Shown here piece after piece: positions 12,701 through 25,289 of a DNA stretch of 59,391 nt. The notes below the pieces were generated by a model. The model worked only from the letters and a program-made list of their open reading frames with translations. It searched no databases and was not told where the DNA came from. Location: contig MQRK01247609.1 in NCBI GenBank assembly GCA_001938485.1, positions 1 to 59,391 on the forward strand. Reading direction: 5' to 3'. The DNA comes from Girardia tigrina. Its lineage: Eukaryota. Every line of letters begins with the position of its first letter. Position 1 is the stretch's first letter. Made by a program: the position numbers and the translations under genes.

Positions 12701-14003
12701 CAAACGGTGATTGTAGAACTAAAACATCCAGAAATTTGTTCCGTAAACGAATAACACTTCACGAGTATCTCCAGATCGTCAAACAAGTCAAAATCAATGT
12801 TGAACATCTCATAATTCTTAATCAAATAATTCGTCTCAAGAAAATAATATTTAATCGGAGTTGAAAAATTTCGGCCGCTCTAAAAACCGTGATGATCGGC
12901 TAACCGATTACGAACTCTTGGATCAGCAATCGAAATAATTCTACTTATCCGTTCAAAATCATTGTAGACAAACGGGAACCAGTCACTGATTTTGATAAAA
13001 ACAAATGATTCTGCGTACAATTTACGAAGAAATCTTCCATTGATTTATTCCCATTTTGAATCTAAATAAATTTTTCATTTAATTATCAGAAATTCTGATG
13101 AATAAGCCTAAATATATGATGCATAAGTGAGTTTTATTAATTTAAACTATACCGATTTGTCTGACGGATTGATGAACACTGTATAATAAGTGTCCTAAAG
13201 GGATATACGAAAAAGAAAGAATCCTATATGAACCCTGAATACATTTATTATACTCTTATTATTTATGAAAATAATTAAATTAAGATTATATAAATTAACG
13301 TTTTTATTTAAAATACAAACTTTTAACGGAAAGAGAAAAAAAGTAAAAAGATAACCACAAACAATTGATCACAGAATAATATTAACAAGAAAAAGCGATT
13401 AGGATGGCTAATAATAAAACAATATTACTTTCTTTGATGTTCGGATGATAATTCTCCTCAAATATGATAATATTTTGGAAAGTCAATTATTTCTTCTTTA
13501 ACTAAGAATTTAGGATAGTAAGGATGGGCAATAAAATTTGTTTCAAATCGTTTCAACGAATTGTCTTTGATTGTTGAAAATATCAAATTAATATGATTCG
13601 TAATTTCGTAATTTGAACTCTTGTTGAGTTTTTGTTTTTTGGTGATCAGTTATTTTATAGAAATATAGTTCGAAAAAAATACAACGCAATAATAGAGCGT
13701 ACAGTATAATTTATAATCAAGTAAGTCAAAATTATAATTTCAGTATTAATAATAATGATCGATAGACTGATTATTATTTTAAATTAAATTTTAAAATTGA
13801 AATCATCTTAACGAATCATTGTCGTTAAGATTAATATAATAATTAATAAAGCTAATAAATAAAAATAATTATTAAAAATTACATGTAAACATTATATGAA
13901 ATAAAAATATAATAAGGATAATAATATACATATAACAGCCAAGATACAGAAATTAAATATAAATAAGTTTATACAAACACTATTCAACATTTAAAAAATT
14001 ATA

Positions 14004-14938
14004 CAGTACGACCCCGTTTTGGGGCAAAATTTCCCCAATTTTGAGATTTGGGGAAACTGCAACATAAAAGAAGTGAGAGACATTCTTTTCTCATTTTATA
14101 TCCGTTGGATGATTCATTTTTTTCAACAAAACTTTTTTTTGACAGAGTTTTATAAAAAATTGCAGTTTCGTCACAATTGAAGATGTTTTCTTCACCATAT
14201 TTTTTGATTAAATCATTAAATGTCGAGCGAAAGTTTTCAGCCCCTTCTTTATCAGCTGATCGTGCTTCGTCTTGAAGTGTTTTGAATTTTATATCAAACT
14301 GTTTCTTAAATCAATGAAGCAATGAAGTCTTTATTAGAATGTCTATTTGCGATTTTACGAGCAATAAGTTTTATAGTTGGTCCATTAACCGGGAAACCTT
14401 TGCATCTGAGAGAACGAAACACCTCGTAAACCACTGTATTTAATTGGTACCCTGTAGTCTCATTTGATGTAGAGCAGCCTTGGCATAGGATTTCCTTCCT
14501 TTTCATTTTCAGCCGGTGTAGACTTCCTTTAGAGATGCCATATTTCTCGCAAATAAACGAATCCTTATACACACCTGACTGTATATCATTGCATATTCTG
14601 ATTTTTTCACTTTAATTTAATTTCTTGGAAATACTTCTAAATTTCAGAAAATAAATTTAAAAATTAAGAATTGTAATATTCCTTACCGGATTGAATATTT
14701 TAAATTTCTAAATTTAATAAATCAAATATTTAAACAAAAATTTAAAAATTTTTTAACTTAAGTTTTCAAAATTTTTAAAATTTTAACTAATTTTCCCCAT
14801 TTGGAGGTTCATTTCTTTATAAAAATTCGTTTTTATAAGAATTAGTATTAAGGTGATAAAATTTTCCCCAGAACCGAGGTTTTCTCCAAAAAAAGGTTTT
14901 CCCCGCAGTTTAGGTTTCCCCAAAACGAGGTCGTACTG
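14004..14938 (-). mobile_element. Internally deleted pogo/Tigger (CENP-B type) transposon
   Basis: TA TSDs; TIRs cagtacgaccccgttttgggg / ccccaaaacgaggtcgtactg. HTH ORF ICEKYGISKGSL...FRSLRCKGFPVNGPTIKLIARKIA, then KYGEENIFNxDETAIFYK (first D of the DDE). Likely short GT-AG intron at ~14637-14686. Confidence 0.9.
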
Positions 14939-16140
14939 TAATATAAAAATTAGCGCTTTAAAAAACATATTATTAAAACAAATAGCTTTAGAAAAATATT
15001 TCATCATGAAACTCTACAATAATTTAATATAAACACTAAATTTTCTAATATATTAGTAATAATTATAAATTTTTTAAAGATATTTACTAACTGTGATAAA
15101 TCGATCAAAGACTTTGATTATCAGTTTTCAAAATTATGATGAAAAATGGTCATCAATACAAGTTATTATTTATGGCATTAATTATACTATCAAATAACAA
15201 CTAAATAGAGCTTTCAACCAATTTTAAGATTAATCTGAAATATCGAAAATCAAAAAAAATGAGTATAAGAATGCCAGAAAAAATATATGATGGTTTTTAT
15301 TACTTTGAGAATATTGTTTAATTTTGTTTATTTTGTGTTAAATTATGTTTGTTATTTTGGGATTATGTCTCTCCTATTCTTATTAACAGCAAACTTCTAA
15401 AACCAAGAACAGATTTCAAATTTCAAATATATAGAACATATAAATATTTTATGGTACTGATTAATTTAAATCATTTTTCTATGAAACTTTATTGTGTTTT
15501 TGCTCGTGCTTGAACAAAATCGTATTGAATCAAGTTAAAGGATTCTTACTTCCATTGAAAGTCAATAAAAATTGCTTGACCCTTCGGCTAGATAAACCAT
15601 TCTATTAAGCATTTGTCTGTCGTGCACTTTGAAAGTATTATTAATTATTCTAAACATTCAAAACTGTATCATCACTAGCTATATACTAATTGAAAATCTA
15701 TTAATAATTATATTTTTAATAAATTTGAAAAAATAATCCTAAAATTATGCATTATTATTTGACAAAATAATTTAGTTTGAAAATAAAAACCGAAAATATT
15801 GTTGTAGATTTTGTTTATTTAAAAAACAAAAATAAAATATTTGAATAAAATATTAAATTAATCAGTGAAAAGCAAATTTAAATGATGAAAATTAGTTCAA
15901 AAATATTATGTAAATATTGAAAATAAATTTTTCTGTGCTTTGATAAATTTCATTCTTTTATTTAGAAAATTGAAAAATTCATTATTAATCTTTATACAAA
16001 TAATTTTTTTTATATTTTTTAAATGAAAGATTAAAAAAATAATTTGTAAATAAAACACTGAAAGAATTAAATAATATGAAGAAAGAAATAATTAAACAAT
16101 ATAAATAAGATTTTATAAAACAAATCAAACCAAATTTATA

Positions 16141-16700
16141 TACCGGGTGTCAATAAAGTCGCAAAACATATGCAAGAGCTTTAAAATTACGCTTTTACGA
16201 ATTATTTACTTTTTTTTAGAATTTAATTAGAATTTTTTTCGTAATTCGAATGGAAGGTAGCACATGCAACTCATAGTGATTGCGCTGTCGTTGTTTCTGG
16301 TAGTATACTTATTATATCTGTATTGGTATATGCAGTGATACTGAAATTACAGAAAGGGTTCAGAGATTTTTATCATCCTATAAGGTATTGAGCTGAAGGC
16401 TCTTTTAAAAATCCTTGGACACTGATAGTGTCTTCAAACTGCTCCCCCAAATTATGGATCGACACAACTCTGCTCCGCATGATAACAAGCATCACCACAA
16501 AATAGTTCAACCGGATTGATTCATCAGATATCGTAGCAATGATATCTCACTATCTACCGTGGTTTCACCATGTTTCATAGCTGTTCTCAAACTCGATTAC
16601 TGCTGATCAGCCCCACGGCCTGCACACTCAGCATGATTGCTTAACTTTGTAAATGAATTGCTGGACAATGGTACTACGATTTTATTGCCGCTATTTAAGA
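16141..16700 (+). mobile_element. Possible decayed Tc1/mariner-superfamily (maT/DUF4817-type) 5' remnant
   Basis: TA + ccgggtgtcaataaagtcgc resembles a TIR and there is a weak HTH-like LQKGFRDF; no matching second TIR found. Confidence 0.3.
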
Positions 16701-18016
16701 GTAATAATTCGGTTAGTTTTCAAACACATTCGTCTTCTCACGTAATTTTTGTTAAATAAATAAAATAATAAGAAAAAATAAAAAGCTTTTGATAATCTAA
16801 TAATTATGATTTACTCTATAAAAAGCTTTAACCAATTTCTTAATAGTATTATTTAGAAATGATACAACACAAGATCAAGGATAAGGATTAAATTGTTTAT
16901 AAAAAGAAACATTATATATTATAAAGTATGAGGCTTAGTTTTGGAGAAATACTTGGAGTAAAGTGGGTCCCAATTGGCGTGTACTCTTTCCAAATCCATC
17001 TCATTTCCTGTCATTAATGTAAAAAATCATAAAAGTAAATATTAATGTTGCCGACATTCATATAAGTCTACATTAAATATCGTAAGATTGTTGCATTAAA
17101 CCTTGTTTCGTTCTTCATTGTTTTCTATTTCCCTAAAATACAGACATTATATTCATCATATCTTTGATTTTTAGAACGACTGGCTCATTTTTTATGAAAG
17201 CAATATGTGATAGTGAAACAATGTTTGACAGAAAAATATTGTATTTCTTCTGTTATCTTCACCTTTCAGTCTCGTTCTATGTTTTTTTTCCTTCTTTACA
17301 TTTAGCGATTTCTGAAGCAATATTTCTAAAAGAAATTATTTGATAATTGTAATATACTGAAACTTATAGCTTGTTTACTTCGGTTCATAAGAATTGAAAA
17401 ACGTCGATTACTATTTATTATTAAAATATGAATATTATATTTTTGTATTGATATTTTATTTATATAAATAATTGTTTTTTTAATACATCATACCGCTATG
17501 TCAGTATTTGCCACTGAATATTCCGCATTTACACATTATTCGTACTTAGCATTGACATGTCCCATCCGAATTTAAGCATTTAACAAAATATTGCATATTT
17601 CAACTTCGATTTTATTAATAAATAAGTGTTGTCTATTTGTTTCATTCTGTATTTAAATACTTTGCTCGAGTAAGGGTACTTAGTAGTTTAAAAAATTTTA
17701 AACCATTTCGATTCACAAGATACATCAAATTCAAATATACTGTAAATTACTTTTAAATTTCAAATTATATTTCATTCCTGGGTAAGGGGGTTCCTGTTGG
17801 TATTTCAAGAAGCAGAAAACAATTTATTCCCATTTTCATATTCACATCTTGGTGAAAAAGCATTTTTTCAGTTGTTGCATTTTTAAAAAGAAAATATTGT
17901 AAGGAGCTCACAGTTGAAGCAAATCTGTGTTTCTATTATGAGTAGAAAATCAAACTTTAATGACTTTTATATAAAATAAAACGATATTATTTTTTCCATT
18001 CTAATTTATCAGCTTA

Positions 18017-18017
<1 letters not shown>

Positions 18018-18050
<33 letters not shown>
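18018..18050. repeat. (TA)n(TG)n compound microsatellite abutting the 5' truncation of the NeSL-like element
   Basis: Directly visible. Confidence 0.95.
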
Positions 18051-21000
18051 CTCCTTGGAATTTAGAAACCTATTTTTGAAGGCCTTTTACTGCCATAAAC
18101 GAAGTCGCCACAGATAGAAAAAATAAACCCTATAGAGTGCGGCTCCCACTGAAGTTCCCCGAATGTGAGCAACAGACAAACAATAATGACTGTGGTCCTT
18201 TTGTCTNNNNNNNNNNNNNNNNNNNNNNNNNNNNNNNNNNNNNNNNNNNNNNNNNNNNNNNNNNNNNNNNNNNNNNNNNNNNNNNNNNNNNNNNNNNNNN
18301 NNNNNNNNNNNNGATCGTCCTGCGGGAAGAACTGGGGGTGGGGACATTTCAGTCACTGAGATATCTAAAACAAAAGTTTATTCTAAAAAAATAAGTCAAC
18401 AGAAAATTAATGTATATAATACCAAAAGGGAAATAACTATGAACCTACGACTATTTGAATATTTCCAAATGTCGAATCTTATTGATATATTACCGCCTAA
18501 TGATAAGTGGCTTACCTTATCTACACAAGCCACTTGTCAAATTGCCAAAAATAATGAATCATATATAAAAAGTAATATATCCTATAAAATATTTATAAAT
18601 ATAGATAAAGTTTTTTGCCCGTTATGTATATCAGACTTGCAATGGATTCTNNNNNNNNNNNNNNNNNNNNNNNNNNCAACCATCGTTTATAATGTAATGG
18701 AATCCCTAACACTGGAACAAGAACTGGCAATCAACAGCATTAATGCTAATCTTCTCTCCTTCTTTCGATTAGGTGGCGAAGGTTGGATCTTGAAACAATC
18801 CATTGATTTGCCAACTTCACAAAAATTTGCAGAGAGTGGATACTGGATTGCCAACTCTATATGGAAATTGTATCACAACAACCCCCCCAACAATGATGTA
18901 CGAGAAATAATTTACAACATCACTAAAAAGAAAGTTCAAAAGAAAATTAGACGACAAGAAAAAACTATTAAAGAAAAGAATGACAGAGAATTGCGTTACA
19001 AAAAAATTTCAGAGATAATAGTGGCCAACTCCACAAAAAGTGCTGAAGAATTGGACTCTTTCATTACCAACTACATTTTGCAAGCAAGAGTTAAAACGGT
19101 CAAAAATCTCAATGCATCAAGAAACATCAGAAATATTAGAAAAAAAACGGATGTAAATCTACGACATTACTTTAAAATAAAACCGAAAGAAGGCCATGGA
19201 AATAATTTTAAGTGACACTACTGTTGATGGAGAGCTATCTTTGGAATCTCTTACAAATTACGCCAAATCAAAAAGCGACTATCCTCCTGAAACAGACTGG
19301 AGCAATGCGCCAAACATCAAACCTGCCCCAAAATTTCAATTTCAGCATGTCACTCCAGAAGAGATTGCCAACATACTCAAGAACACCAAAAATACTAGTC
19401 CCGGTATATCAAACATTGGCTATCCAGATATTGACTATTGCGACCCGGGTTGTCAATTTCTGGCCACATTATTTAATAAAATCATTGATACAGGAGTTAT
19501 TCCACCCAGTTGGAAGAAATTCCTAACGGTAATGACCCCTAAACCAGGTAAGTCAGGAAATTACAAAGATATAGGATCATGGAGACCAATAGCCCTGATG
19601 GAGTGCATTGCCAAGTTGTTCACATCTTGCCTATGTACTCAACTGGAACAATGCCTGGTGAAGAACAATTTAATTTCAAAGTTCCAAAATGTCATCGGAC
19701 CATCGGACGGGTGCGCTGAACACAATAACGTCATGAGAATTTTACTGGAGGAATATGAACATATTCATATTGCATTCCTCGATCTAACTGATGCATTTGG
19801 CAGCATTCCAATTAATCATATATTAGAAGTTCTCAGAAGAAAAGGTCTAGATTCATTCTCCTGCTCTCTCATTGCAAATCTGTACTCGGATTGTTCATCA
19901 ACAACATATACCTGCAATGATTGTATGACTGAAGACATATCCATCAGGAGGGGGGTTAGACAAGGATGTCCTCTTTCAATGCTGCTGTTCAGCGTTGGAA
20001 TTGATCCAATTTTGGCTGCACTACAAGATAATGATGCTTTTGGTATNNNNNNNNNNNNNNNNNNNNNNNNNNNNNNNNNNNNNNNNNNNNNNNNNNNNNN
20101 NNNNNNNNNNNNNNNNNNNNNNNNNNNNNNNNNNNNNNNNNNNNNNTGTGACATGGTTGAATGGACTTCTATGAAGTTTAACCCAGCCAAATGTGGATAT
20201 TTATCAACTCCTCTTATGAACGAATCAATCCATATTAATAACATACCAATACCTATAGTAACGGATTAAGAGGGTTACCGTTATCTCGGAGTAGACTTTA
20301 CCAGAAAGACAAAATTCACTCCTGAACGTCTATTTCTATCAGCTATTAAGGACTTGAAAAAAATAACCAAATCAATACTATTTCCCTGGCAGAAANNNNN
20401 NNNNNNNNNNNNNNNNNNNNNNNNNNNNNNNNNNNNNNNNNNNNNNNNNNNNNNNNNNNNNNNNNNNNNNNNNNNNNNNNNNNNNNNNNNNGAAACCACG
20501 AAGTCTATCTTTAAAAGCGGCCTTGACGTGGAAATTCGTCGTTACTTGAAGAAGATTTGTGGAACGGTCCCAAATTCATCCAATGATTACATTTATGCTG
20601 ACAAGAAAAAATGTGGTTTAGGTTTAGTCTCTGCCCGAGATGAATACGCAATACAATCTATAATTCAAGCGTACAGGAACATGGTGTGCTCAGACAAAAC
20701 ATCGTGTCATCTCACCTTTATCAATTTATTCAACACCCTAGACAGATATCACGGTACTAAAGAAGAATGGACACTCTCTGATCGCCTAAACTGGATCAAC
20801 ACAGGTGACAAAGAGAATGGATTTAAATCTTGGTGGACCAAGATTCGGAATTCAATCAAATACCTGAAAGGCATTGGGTTACAAATTCAGTTTGTCACCA
20901 ACGAGCTAGGTATTTGTTTAAAAGTTCACATATCCAATGATTCCATGATACTAAGTGAACTCTCAATAGACAGTATAACTTTCCACTTGCACAGAATATA

Positions 21001-21890
21001 TAACAAAATAAAATTTGACAAATGGAGCAAACAAAGGATGGCTGGAATGTCAGCCATCTCATTGGCAGAACACAACTTCAGCTCCAAAGTATTATACAAT
21101 GAGTCACTATCCATCGAGGAATGGCGCTTTTTACACAGCGCAAGGACAAATAGTTTACCAACAAATTATAAGCCGAAAAAACCAAGACAACAATCGATGT
21201 GTAGGGTATGTGGTCAAGATATAGAAACACAGATCCATGTTCTATGTTGGTGTAAACCCAACAGCACTCTGATACAGGTGAGACATAATGCAATCGCGGA
21301 AATCGTCACAGATGCTTTACTTGCAGAGAAACCAATTTTAAAAATCATCATGAATCGAGAGTGTGATTGGTCTGTGTCGGGAAGCCGGGTTGATTTATAA
21401 GTTTATAACCATGGAACCAAAGAACTCTGGCTTATAGATATAAAAACCCCTTATGACACTGTCAAAGCACTTAAATATGCCAGAGATAACAACAAAAAGA
21501 AATATAAAAGCCTGCTAACTGAAGCAAAGGCGGCTCATGAAGGATGGACTGTAATATTAGGAGCAATTGTTGTCGGCTGTTTAGGATCTTGGTCCGCCGA
21601 TAATGACAACCTGCTTAAAAACAAATTACATCTTTCAGGTACAAGTATAAAAAATTTAACCAAAATGTGCATAGTGTCGAATATCAAATATTTCAACTCG
21701 ACATGGCATAAACACAATAACGGTCAATATAACTCACTGATGTCAAATGCGGTGACGACAAATCTTATCGACACAGTCACGCCATATGCACCAGTAGCCG
21801 GTTGATAACAATAACAATAACACAAGTCAAAGATGCTCTATACAGCGACCATAGCTTTGAGCATCTAATGTATATCCCAGGATATCTTTA
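18051..21890 (+). mobile_element. NeSL/Utopia-clade RLE non-LTR retrotransposon, copy A (5'-truncated within a Ulp1 protease domain; RT, CCHC, PD-(D/E)xK endonuclease); pseudogenised
   Basis: Ulp1 Cys motif QQTNNNDCGPFV. RT motifs WRPIALMECIAKLF, GCAEHN, IAFLDLTDAFGSIP, GVRQGCPLS, KFNPAKC, YRYLG, LFPWQK. CRVCGQDIETQIHVLCWC...RHNAI; RVDL..LIDIKTPYD..KYK..GAIVVGCLGSW. One frameshift near 19195, stops at 20267 and 21398, ORF ends ~21805. The 3' boundary is uncertain. Confidence 0.92.
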
Positions 21891-22193
21891 CATATTTCAA
21901 CTTGAATTTTTGTCACAATTTTCTATAAATTTTGCACACTTACTCATTCTTGATCACCATAAATGATTATGTGAAAATTTGATCAAAACAACTGTCTAAA
22001 GTCACAGAATGGGAAATAAACGTCCAAAACGGAGTTCCTGGACAATATTATTTTAAAAAGATCTACTTATAAATTATTAGTAATTTATATTACGCAAAAA
22101 AGTAAATATAATGGTAATTTTCTCTTCTTCAAAAGATAACAAAGAGTTCTGTCCGCATAAAGAATGGTTTAAAAATTTTTTGATTTACTAGTT
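21890..22193 (+). repeat. 3' flank shared by both NeSL-like copies (counterpart ~51509-51830, minus)
   Basis: aaattttgcacacttactcatt...tgtgaaaatttgatc, ggagttcc, gagttctgtc(c/t)gcataaagaatgg and ttttttgatttactagtt occur in order downstream of both copies. Confidence 0.8.
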
Positions 22194-23020
22194 AACTCTG
22201 GTTATTTTAAGGATTAAGAATTTTTCTTTCCGTAAGAAAGTTTTAAAACCTCAATTTCAGAAACATTTTTATAATATTAATTATCAATTGTACATTTAGA
22301 ATAGCAGTGAGGAATGGAAGGTATGAAAACAAGGCTCTTTTTGATGAGTTTCATTCTTGTTTTACGTCAATTCGGTTATTACAGTGAGAAATATAATCCT
22401 AAAAAATGGAAAATATAATTAAATAAACCGAAGTATGTCAAAACGATCACAAGCAAAACTCTTGATTTTATAAAAGGCAATTTTACCAAATAATAAAAGA
22501 AGATCTAGATTGTTAATCATTGAAGTCCACAAATTGTATTTTTTCAGTAGCGGAAGATGGTTGCCCTTGTGAGCAGTTTTATCTGAATATTTTTGCAAAG
22601 TATGATGTACGCATTAGAAAAAGCATACTTTTCAGGAGAACCTTTTTTCCACATGAACTGTTAATTTCCTATGTTTTCAAAGTCGGTGGTAAATAATTCC
22701 TGTTTTGATTTGATTGCATAAATTCTGTCCGATAGTTCGGAGGTTAAGTTTCATATCTTAAATGCATAAATGATCATATGTGTGACTGATTCATTAAAAA
22801 GTATTTTCTAATTTTGTTAAGAAAAAAACTTATCGTTGAATCAATCAACACTACTTTCATATTAAAATCATTGTTTTCAACTTAACGTTCAAAAAAGGAA
22901 ATCTTTAATAAATTTTTAAAACTTTGTTTTCTCTTCCTTTTTTACATTATATTTTCTTCAGAATTTTTCTCATCAACCTTGTTAGGTGAGTCTTTTCCAT
23001 TTTATGACAAGATGTATATA

Positions 23021-24479
23021 CATCGCCCTACGAAAAGTCCCTGACAACCTATGTATTTACAAATAATGTATGTTTTTTTACTCTGTCTGATATCTTTTAC
23101 CATGAAGATACTTAGCCAGTATCAATTTTGATCAAATGATTATAATTATTAATTTTTAATGGCGTTGCAATAAGAATACATTACATACACCCCTCATAAC
23201 AAATTTAGTTTTCAGGAACATCTTAGCAAGTGCAGTTCACTTAATTATAATTGTTTTTTTCATATGATATGAGGGAATTATGTGAAAAATTCAGTTATAT
23301 ACCTCCACAGCACCTATGATATTTATCTTCTCATTTTTCTGCTATTAATAATCATTCGATACAGTAAAATCTAGTAATTTTTTATTTTCTCTGAGAAAAG
23401 ACGAACAAGGAATTCATAGATTTTGAAAAGGGCGTTATTTTGGCACGTTTTATCAGTGGCAAATTACAGTGAGAATCGATGTTACTAAAAGCACATCAGA
23501 TAAACCTCTGGTGGTCTTGACACTCGCAATGTATCGTCATCTGCAAGATGGGGTCTTCCACATTTTTGTCAACCAGGACAAGCGTAGTTTAAAGCGTTTG
23601 ATGCATTTTGATAGAACAACATTTCTTTATCAGATTTCGACTACATTAGATTTTGCATCACTGTCCACAGTTCTTCAAATCTTGCATGTACTTTATTTCT
23701 ATGGGTGAGCAGGAAAAAAGAAGCTATTTATCACTGAAAAGAACCTCAAAAAAACATGCTTGGTGCAATGAGTATAAGCAGTGAGCCTTGGTTAAATAAG
23801 CTAGCATGAAATGGTATGATGAAAGTCGCTTTACTTTTTTCTTAATTTGATGAACATATTTGTGTGTGGAGTGAAATGCATGAACAATGCAACTATGTCT
23901 GACGAGTTCATAGAGTCAAATCTGATGGCAATCCTTTCATGTTTCGGAGCTAATTTACCCTTCAAGCAATTGGGCCTCTCATAATCTGTGCGATTGTTTT
24001 TCAGAGGAGGAATGTATTGAGACACCAGAGAAAGGTTAGCTTCCGTATTACCCGACTGTTCTAGCCACCTACTTTCAATACGATAAGACATTTTGCCATA
24101 CTACCAAAATGGTGAAAGATGGATTCCTCACTCAACATATCTACGTCTACACTAAGGTTGAACAAAGTTTTGATTTCAGTGTTTTAGAAAAGCTTGGCAG
24201 GAGTTAAAGAAGCAATTTCGCTGTAGATATCTCTACCATATTCTCTTGCTGTTCTAACAGAACACCTTCATGAATATTCCTCTAAACTTTCTAGATTGTA
24301 TCATCAACTTCATGCCAGATAAATTGAAAGAGTGATAAAATGCAAAGGACACTATACCAGGTATTAAAAATTCTTTAATATTATGCATTCCATTTTATAA
24401 ATTTATTATTATTTAAAAATTCTCATTATCTCAAATAACAGAAAATACACTGGTCGTTTGTGACTTTTGGTAGCGTGTG
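23021..24479 (+). mobile_element. Decayed Tc1-type transposon
   Basis: Imperfect TIRs (ctacgaaaagtccctgacaacc vs ggtcgtttgtgacttttggtag). Fragments EFIDFEKGVILA, FITEKN, WYDESRF, FQYDKTFCHT and RVIKCKGHYTRY*. Confidence 0.75.
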
Positions 24480-24799
24480 ATTTGAAAAAAAACTATAAAC
24501 AATGTATCAAACTCATAATTTTGCCATCATAATATTACAATTTACAGAAACTTGATTTTTATACAATCTACTGTTTGTTAGCTTTCGATAAATTGCTGTC
24601 CTAAACTACCACCTTTTTTCAATGATAATTTCGATACAGAGCGTTAGAAACCGTACTCTTTAAAAAGTACATTTGATTTATTTGAGTTTTGTACTTTTGT
24701 ACTAGTTACTTATGTCATTCCGACTCTTCTGTTTACTTTTTCCATGATAGGGAAACAAATTTCTTACCCTTCAGCAATACTTTGATGACTTATATGATT

Positions 24800-25060
24800 T
24801 ATTTATTTCGAATTCCACTCTTTTTTACAAAACAATCAAAAGTGAAAATAAAAATATCTTGTGAATTTTTAAAAACTTTGCAGCTACTGTTTTGTAATAC
24901 TGGCGCACAACGCGAACACTGAAAGGTTTTCTATGCGTATGAAGGCTCAGTTGTCCGAAGAAAGAAACAAGCTTCACCTGGAATCTTTTAAGAAGTTGTT
25001 AATCGTTCTATTCAACTAAAAGCATTTTGATTGCTCTCAATTTTATTTAAATTACTTACT
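24800..25060 (+). mobile_element. hAT transposase C-terminal (dimerisation) remnant
   Basis: VILAHNANTERFSMRMKAQLSEERNKLHLES resembles the hAT motif IPxHNANxERxFS..QW..ERNxL. Confidence 0.55.
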
Positions 25061-25289
25061 ATGCAAAATTTGAGAACAAAAAAATATGTAGTTAAATAAA
25101 GTAGAATTGTATTTGTTGACTAAATTTCTATTTTGAATTGAAGTTCCTACCATTTTGAATCATTTTTTACCTTAATATAAACAGTGAATTAAAATTAATA
25201 ATTTTTAGTATATTTTTCACTCATTTTGTTCTTTTTTAGTAATTTGTTTTACGAAAATACTCTATTTTGTAAAATGAGATACGGTAATC

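Noticed and set aside
16880-17960. Cys-rich minus-strand fragments
   Set aside because: Short, stop-ridden and no recognisable family.
21805-22200. U2 snRNA, spliced-leader or 28S rDNA target at the NeSL-like 3' junction
   Set aside because: No match to the conserved U2 or 28S target sequences or to SL sequences I know. The Sm-like aatttttg is expected by chance, though an unknown SL cannot be excluded.
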